Assembly: GCA_963677485.1 (NCBI GenBank)
Contig: OY781964.1
Coordinates: 3,328,001 to 3,392,000 of the forward strand
Source of the DNA: Armatimonadota bacterium
GTDB lineage: Bacteria; Armatimonadota; HRBIN16
DNA: 64,000 bases
Direction: 5' to 3'
In this document: piece after piece, positions 58,362 through 64,000 of the stretch
Layout: each line of letters begins with the position of its first letter
Numbering within the stretch: the stretch's first letter is position 1
The notes under the pieces: generated by a model
Databases searched by the model: none
What the model was told of the DNA's origin: nothing
Seen by the model: only the letters and a program-made list of their open reading frames with translations
Program-made: the position numbers and the translations under genes

Positions 58362-59330
58362 CTACACCAACAGCACTTTACCCATGCGTCCGCATTTCAT
58401 GCTGTGGCGAACCGCCTCATGAATCTGTGTCAGGGGGTAGCTGGCCTCTACACGCGGCTCAAAGCGGTGATCAAGCAGCAGGTTCATGACGTCACTCACC
58501 ATCTGGCTGCCATACCGGGCGGAGTTGCTTCGGGCCCAACTTGTCATCCAAAATCCCTTCACCGTCAAGCTTTTGAATATCATCTGGCCGTTATTGATGG
58601 GGGTATTATCACCGCTCAAAAGGCCGTAGACCAGCATAGTGCCTCCCGTGGCCAGCGCATTGATGGCCTCAACACCGCAAAAGCCTCCGACGGCATCTAT
58701 CGCCGCATCTACACCGCGACCATCGGTGATTTCCAGGGCTCGTTTGGCAAACCCTTCGCCAAAGGTGACCACCACCTCGGTCGCACCGAGTTCCTTGAGG
58801 TAGTCCGCCTGGTCTTTTCGTCGCACCACGCAGATGGTGTTGATGCCTCTTTGTGAGGCCAGCCGAACGATCATTTGGCAGAGAGTGCTTCCCCCGGCGG
58901 TCATGGCAAGCCATTGGCCAGGTTTCAGGTTTAGTTCTTGAAGCATCGCCCAGGCACTGCATGGGTTGACGAACATCTGACAGGCGGTGGCATCATTCAT
59001 CTCGTCAGGGATGGGTATGACGGCACTGCTGGGGACGCAAATCCGCTGCTGCCAACTTCCCAGGCCCGTGAAGCTGACCCTCTGGCCTGGCATCAACGGG
59101 CTGTCCTGAGGAGCTGACACAATCCGCCCCATGCCCTCAAACCCGCAAGGCGATGGTAATGGCGGTTTGATGCCGTAGTTTCCTTGGAAAAAGTGCAGAT
59201 CAGATGGATTGATGGGGCGTGCCATCACTTCCACAAGCACCTCGTTGGCCCCCGGTGTTGGTTCGGGCATTTCATTCACCTGAAGACCGGTGAATGGGTC
59301 ACCATATGATATCAACTGCACAGACAGCAT
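58362..59330 (-). CDS. MDR-family (quinone/enoyl-thioester reductase-like) oxidoreductase
   Basis: PINPSDL, GFEGMG, VNPCSAW, GVDAAIDAVGG, LVYGLLSG, GKVLL. Confidence 0.88.
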   Translation of the reverse strand: MLSVQLISYGDPFTGLQVNEMPEPTPGANEVLVEVMARPINPSDLHFFQGNYGIKPPLPSPCGFEGMGRIVSAPQDSPLMPGQRVSFTGLGSWQQRICVPSSAVIPIPDEMNDATACQMFVNPCSAWAMLQELNLKPGQWLAMTAGGSTLCQMIVRLASQRGINTICVVRRKDQADYLKELGATEVVVTFGEGFAKRALEITDGRGVDAAIDAVGGFCGVEAINALATGGTMLVYGLLSGDNTPINNGQMIFKSLTVKGFWMTSWARSNSARYGSQMVSDVMNLLLDHRFEPRVEASYPLTQIHEAVRHSMKCGRMGKVLLV

Positions 59331-59404
59331 GTAGGTACCTCCTCGAAAGTAACGCGACAGCTTTCGGCCGCAGGGCACAACCACTGATACAGCCAGGGAT
59401 GCCG

Positions 59405-59800
59405 TTATCCTTCTATATGCTTGAGGTCAATCTCTGTGGGCGTGACTTTGATCATCGCAAACTCAGGGTGTTTGACTCCTTCTGGGAACACGTTGATGAA
59501 TTCGGGATCGAAGTGAACAGATGCCTCTTTCGGAGTGGCCACAGTGGCTGTACCCCATATGCGCAGGTTGAGGCCATTAGCCCATGCGACGACACAGACT
59601 TTATTGTTCGCCATGATCTCTTTCATCTTCGGTGAACTGCGATGCAGTACATACCAGATGGTGCCGTCGTCGTCCACTTCGGCTGTGCGCATTACACGCA
59701 GATTGGGGCGATCACCATCTACCGTAGCGAGGTAACTAAACATAGAGGCACGTAAATGATTTATGGCCTCTTGCAGCAGCTTAGTCTCAAACATGCTCAT
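59405..59800 (-). CDS. Pyridoxamine 5'-phosphate oxidase-like FMN-binding protein (general stress protein 26-like)
   Basis: YLATVDGDRPNLRVM, IWY....SPKMKEIMANNKV, LRIWGTA, FPEG...PE. Confidence 0.8.
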   Translation of the reverse strand: MSMFETKLLQEAINHLRASMFSYLATVDGDRPNLRVMRTAEVDDDGTIWYVLHRSSPKMKEIMANNKVCVVAWANGLNLRIWGTATVATPKEASVHFDPEFINVFPEGVKHPEFAMIKVTPTEIDLKHIEG

Positions 59801-59819
59801 CACTCCTATCGGCAACTAG

Positions 59820-60359
59820 TTATTTTGAGGGCAGCACTTCTACTGGCACAGTGACGTGGTATTTATGAACAAGAGTCGCACCCAGATGGCCCGCCTGGGC
59901 GATTTTGATGGCACCCAGGCTCCATAAGGCAACGAAGATCAGCGCAATCACGACCGCTGCGACTCGGGACATCTCACGTTTAGAGACGAGTGCAAAAATC
60001 ACAAACAGCGAAAACAGAGCGGTGATGGCCGTGAAAATGTTACGTGCCGATTCAGCAAGTGAAGAATGGGTCTCCAGCGTATCGTCGATCACCTTGCTTA
60101 CGTCAGGCTGGGCTGCCATCGCGGCAGCCACCAGTCCTGCCTTTTCACTGGCTTCACCGCTCATGGTGGCGGCCCATGCTCCCAGGGTGCCCAATATCAG
60201 TATCACCGCTGCTGCACCCCACCAGGCTATCGTGCAGCGTTTGGTAGATAAACCGAGAACTACCAGCACTGGCGCGACCAGCAACAGTGCGATTGGGAAA
60301 TGCACGATGAGAGGATGCAACCCTTCAACTGGTGGCGGTGGCGGCAATAAAAACATCAT
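59820..60359 (-). CDS. DUF2231-like membrane protein
   Basis: LHPLIVHFPIALL, ATMSGE, H before TM3, GHLGATLVH; four TM segments. Confidence 0.8.
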   Translation of the reverse strand: MMFLLPPPPPVEGLHPLIVHFPIALLLVAPVLVVLGLSTKRCTIAWWGAAAVILILGTLGAWAATMSGEASEKAGLVAAAMAAQPDVSKVIDDTLETHSSLAESARNIFTAITALFSLFVIFALVSKREMSRVAAVVIALIFVALWSLGAIKIAQAGHLGATLVHKYHVTVPVEVLPSK

Positions 60360-60380
60360 TTGGGCGTTTCTCCTGTGTGG

Positions 60381-60983
60381 TTACTTAACCTTGATGAACT
60401 CTGCTTTCGGTTCGGCGCATATGGGGCAGGTGTTGAATGTGATTTTCGTCACCGCATAGCCGCATCGAGGGCACACATAGTACACCTGCGCTGTCGTCCA
60501 ACCCTTCTTGTTCGCCGTTACACCGCTGATCAGGGTCACCAGATACTTGTCAGTGACCGCCGAACCGCCAAAGGCTATGTTGGCTGACTTTGCACCTTCT
60601 TGAGCCGCGATCTTAAGGTAGGCTGGGTAGTCTTTCTTTACCAGCTTGTTGAGCTGGGCGGTGATGGATTTCATGATTTTGCCCGCATTAGTCTCTGAAG
60701 GTGGCAGGCTGGGCATCATGGTAGCTGTTTTTCCGCCCAGATCCTTGATCGCCTTTTGAATCTTCTTGACATGGACTTGAGCACTGGTGTTGACGGCTTT
60801 CATCACTGAAGCGACACCAAGATTCTTTTGACGTTGTGCGATCATCGCGCAATATGATGAATCCATCAGCACTTGCTTCTCAGAATTCAAGGCCCCTTCC
60901 AGGTTTATTAATGTCTTTACAGGAGCAGCATATGCAGGAATAGTCAGCACGAGTGCTGCGGATACGATCGCCAAGAATTTCAT
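60381..60983 (-). CDS. Signal-peptide-bearing rubrerythrin-like protein with C-terminal rubredoxin domain
   Basis: Sec signal AYA|A; KTLINLEGALNSE, DYPAYLKIAAQEG, YYVCPRCGY...CPICAEPKAEF. Confidence 0.75.
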   Translation of the reverse strand: MKFLAIVSAALVLTIPAYAAPVKTLINLEGALNSEKQVLMDSSYCAMIAQRQKNLGVASVMKAVNTSAQVHVKKIQKAIKDLGGKTATMMPSLPPSETNAGKIMKSITAQLNKLVKKDYPAYLKIAAQEGAKSANIAFGGSAVTDKYLVTLISGVTANKKGWTTAQVYYVCPRCGYAVTKITFNTCPICAEPKAEFIKVK

Positions 60984-61129
60984 ATTGGTCCTCCACGGAA
61001 TGTTGTAAGTTTATATACCCTTATGTTACCCGATATGAACAAGCGACTTCTCTATGCCGGGTATTGAACATAGAAAAGCCGCTTGTCCTTTTCAAGACAC
61101 TCATGCAGATAGGAAAAGAAACACGGCAT

Positions 61130-62536
61130 TTATTGGACCGTGATACCTGCCGCTTCACGCCACGGTGCAAACTGCTTCCATATCTCGTTCTGTGCTTTAC
61201 GTTCGAACTCCACCTTGTGCCACTCGTTAGGTCGGAAGGCATCACGCATTTGAATCATAATCTCGTTCTTGGGGTAGAACAACATGGGGTCATATTCGTA
61301 AGTGCCTGCCGTCGCGCTGTCTTCTGTATCGACATACAGCGTGCTTAAAGAAAAAATGGAGCTCATCTGGTAGCTGTCGATACCGACGGAATGCCTGAAC
61401 CGGCGGATAGGCGGCACCAGCTTCCCATTGACATACAACTCCATGTCAAGGAAGTCAGCTCTATATTTCATCTTCGCCACATTGGGTGTTTTGATGCCGA
61501 TGACTGCCGTGGCGGCTGTGCCAAGAACCCGTTTCACCACGCTGGAACCTTGTTCCTTAAGCTGAGGGGTGAAGCTGATGCTGACCGTGGCCCGGCGTGC
61601 CTCATAGTCGCGGATGGTGAAATCTTCGGTGCTGGCTCTTGCCCCGCCTTTTCGCTTGCCACGCTCTTTATCGTGTAAGCGCCGCGCTTCGCCAGTCTGC
61701 CAGGCGTATACAAACGGGGTGCTGATGGTCAGGTTGAAGTTTTTCACCCCCTGCATCCAAATCGGCTCCAGCTTTTTGCCTTTAGCGGCCGATTCGAGCA
61801 TTGGGGCGGTGATGAGTTGCGTAGGGGCATCTGGCAGCGGGTTAACCGACGGTGGTTCGGCATAGCCAAGCATACCACGGGCGGCGTCGATGACGGGAAT
61901 CGCTTTTGCGATGCTGATCACGCCGCCATACCCCTGCTCAGAGCTTTCGCTGACTAAGAAGGTGCATATGCCGGCGACTTTTTTGTCCATATTCACCAGC
62001 GGACCGCCGCTGTTGCCCGGGTTGATTTGAGCATCGGTCATGATCATATTGCCGTCATATTTGCTGACCACACCTACTGCCAGGCTTTTGTCCTGGTCTA
62101 GCGGGCTGCCGATCACCAGCACACGTTCACCCTCAAAGGCCACCGTTTCCGATTTTGGATTGATCAGCGGTAGTTGGGCTGGCTTGTATTGAATCTGAGG
62201 GTTGTAGCGCAGAATGGCGATGTCGCTGGCTACATCCTGGTGGATGAGCTGGGCGAGGTAGCTGTGGCCGGTGTCAAAGCGGATCGCATACCACATGGCG
62301 CGGCCAACCACATGGCTGTTGGTCACCACCAGTCCACCTTGAGCATCTACCACAAAGCCGCTGCCTCGGCCTGTGTCGGTCATCACCGTCACGACGCCAG
62401 ATTTCAGTTCGTTGAAGATAATCGTCTCATCGCTGACCCTACGAGAACTCTGCGCATGGGCGGTCAGGCACCCAAAAAGCATGACTAAAGCCAGGGTCGC
62501 TGCCTGAAGATGAATGCGAGGTATCGGCCAGTTCAT
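61130..62536 (-). CDS. Secreted trypsin-like serine protease (S1C) with non-PDZ C-terminal domain
   Basis: GSGFVV, TNSHVV, DIAIL, IGSP, TDAQINPGNSGGPL. Confidence 0.88.
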   Translation of the reverse strand: MNWPIPRIHLQAATLALVMLFGCLTAHAQSSRRVSDETIIFNELKSGVVTVMTDTGRGSGFVVDAQGGLVVTNSHVVGRAMWYAIRFDTGHSYLAQLIHQDVASDIAILRYNPQIQYKPAQLPLINPKSETVAFEGERVLVIGSPLDQDKSLAVGVVSKYDGNMIMTDAQINPGNSGGPLVNMDKKVAGICTFLVSESSEQGYGGVISIAKAIPVIDAARGMLGYAEPPSVNPLPDAPTQLITAPMLESAAKGKKLEPIWMQGVKNFNLTISTPFVYAWQTGEARRLHDKERGKRKGGARASTEDFTIRDYEARRATVSISFTPQLKEQGSSVVKRVLGTAATAVIGIKTPNVAKMKYRADFLDMELYVNGKLVPPIRRFRHSVGIDSYQMSSIFSLSTLYVDTEDSATAGTYEYDPMLFYPKNEIMIQMRDAFRPNEWHKVEFERKAQNEIWKQFAPWREAAGITVQ

Positions 62537-62675
62537 GGAACACACTCCTGTATTACGGATATATCACTGCCTATATTGTACTGCTGAAAAGGCGGGCAGT
62601 GTCTATGCATATTAGTAGACCGCAACGGAGGGGCAAATGGTACACCAGCGAAGTATGTATGAAAGGGATTGATCT

Positions 62676-62794
62676 CACGCGAAGACGCGAAGACGCGAAG
62701 GGGTGATGACCGGCGCAGGGAAGGCTGTCCATATTGATCCACAGATTACGCAGATTACACAGATTAGGTCATGACCGGCGCAGGGGAGGCCGTC
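62676..62794 (+). repeat. CGCGAAGA and CAGATTA tandem arrays with a 24-bp direct repeat
   Basis: cacgcgaaga-cgcgaaga-cgcgaag; atgaccggcgcagggaaggctgtc (62706) and atgaccggcgcaggggaggccgtc (62771) flank cacagatta-cgcagatta-cacagatta. Confidence 0.8.
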
Positions 62795-62897
62795 GACGCC
62801 CGCCGCACGAATCGCCGCAGTTCCGTCGTTTTGGGCATCCGCTGACCGCCAGTCTGCTACAATGAGTTCAGACAACCTGTCTGCAGGGGGGCTCCGT

Positions 62898-64000
62898 ATG
62901 AACAAGCTGAGTCATAGTTACGATGTCGTCGTAGTGGGTGCCGGACCGGCTGGAAGCGTGGCGGCGATACAGGCTGCGCGGGCGGGTGCTAAGACTCTGC
63001 TGGTGGAACAGAGCAGCCTGCCTGGCGGAACCACCACCCTGTGCGGGGTCGACTTCCCCGGGTTGTTCCATGCCTGGGGTAAGCAGGTTATCGCCGGAAT
63101 CGGCTGGGAGCTGGTCACATCCGCGGTGAAAGAGGCAAACAGCACGCTGCCGGATTTCACCCGCTACGATCTACCGCACCCCATGCTGCAGGTGAAGCTG
63201 AACGCGTCGATCTACGCATGCCTGCTGGATGAGGCCTTCACGGCCAGCGGCGTTGATGTGCTGTATCATGCGATGCCGCTGAGTGTGCTCGAAAAGCACG
63301 ACAAGCTGGAGTTGACCTTGGCGACGAAACAGGGCAGCCGGAAGTTGAGATGCCAGGTGGCGATTGATGCCACGGGGGACGCCAATCTAGTGGCGAAAGC
63401 GGGATACAAGCTCAAGCCGAGTGAGGAAAAGCAGCCTGGAACACCCATCATCCGACTAAGCGGTTATGACCCGGCGAAACTCAACTTGGCTGAGATCGAG
63501 ACCGCTTATCGCGCGGCTGTTGCTTCAGGCGATATGGAGTGGCTCGACACCGGCATGTCGCGTTCGATGGCTCACCTTCTTCAAAGCCGCGGTGAGAACT
63601 GCATCCATGTGCCGGTATCCGAGGCGGATACCAGTGAGGGCAAGTCTGAGGTGGAGCGGCTGGGACGCGCCGCGGTGCTGCGTATCTACCGGTTCTTGAA
63701 GGGGTTCCCTGGGCTGGAGAAGCTGGAGGTCAGCAGTATGGCCCCTCAATGCGGGGTGCGTGAGTCCTCGATAGTGGATGGTGAGCTGAGTATCAGTGTG
63801 GCGGACTACACCTCTGGGCGTTACTGGCCGGATTCACTGTGCAACGCCTTTTACCAGATCGACCTGCATCAGCGGGATAAAGAGAGCGGGCTGATGGCCC
63901 GTCCCTTGGTGTTTGGCACCGTGCCGACCGTGCCTAGACGAGCACTGATCCCGAAGGGGAGCCGCAGGCTGCTAGTGGCAGGACGCTGCGTCTCAAGCGA
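62898..64000 (+). CDS. FAD-dependent oxidoreductase (FAD_oxidored-type), runs off window end
   Basis: Absent from the ORF track; reads MNKLSHSYDVVVVGAGPAGSVAAIQAARAGAKTLLVE..LPGG, IDATGDA, GVRES, and LIPKGSRRLLVAGRCVS at the edge. Confidence 0.88.
   Translation, partial: MNKLSHSYDVVVVGAGPAGSVAAIQAARAGAKTLLVEQSSLPGGTTTLCGVDFPGLFHAWGKQVIAGIGWELVTSAVKEANSTLPDFTRYDLPHPMLQVKLNASIYACLLDEAFTASGVDVLYHAMPLSVLEKHDKLELTLATKQGSRKLRCQVAIDATGDANLVAKAGYKLKPSEEKQPGTPIIRLSGYDPAKLNLAEIETAYRAAVASGDMEWLDTGMSRSMAHLLQSRGENCIHVPVSEADTSEGKSEVERLGRAAVLRIYRFLKGFPGLEKLEVSSMAPQCGVRESSIVDGELSISVADYTSGRYWPDSLCNAFYQIDLHQRDKESGLMARPLVFGTVPTVPRRALIPKGSRRLLVAGRCVSS

Noticed and set aside
62706-62794. Mini CRISPR array (repeat-spacer-repeat)
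   Set aside because: Only two imperfect repeats, the spacer is itself a dispersed tandem repeat, and there are no cas genes in the window

Overview
Bacterial chromosomal window dominated by carbohydrate uptake and degradation genes: the araG end and araH, two tandem GH99/GH71-like paralogs, two GH42-like modular enzymes, GH38, GH20, a GH43/32-like propeller, GH3, GH127-like and GH13-like. An H-X9-DG prepilin-like gene, dockerin/EF-hand-tailed secreted proteins and the CAZyme density suggest Armatimonadota or a similar diderm lineage (inference). The most unusual region is an ~11 kb co-oriented cluster (17.2-28.5 kb): pilin-like protein, PapD/DUF916-like Ig protein, LysM-secretin, BcsB, TPR/beta-barrel and an NfrB-type GT2 with a degenerate MshEN tail. 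It looks like a hybrid exopolysaccharide/surface-appendage system, with no BcsA, usher or secretion ATPase in the window. Other points of note are a leader-peptide/anti-SD attenuator in front of rsgA, a glycyl radical enzyme with no adjacent activase, a P-II protein lacking Q39, a signal-peptide rubrerythrin that has lost its diiron ligands, an RpoD-like sigma with an altered region 2.4, and two RCC1-dockerin genes bracketed by inverted ~168 bp MITE-like elements. Several families of REP-like and 9-mer intergenic repeats occur throughout. No rRNA, tRNA, CRISPR array or transposase was recognised. All family calls come from motif recognition by eye, not from database searches.
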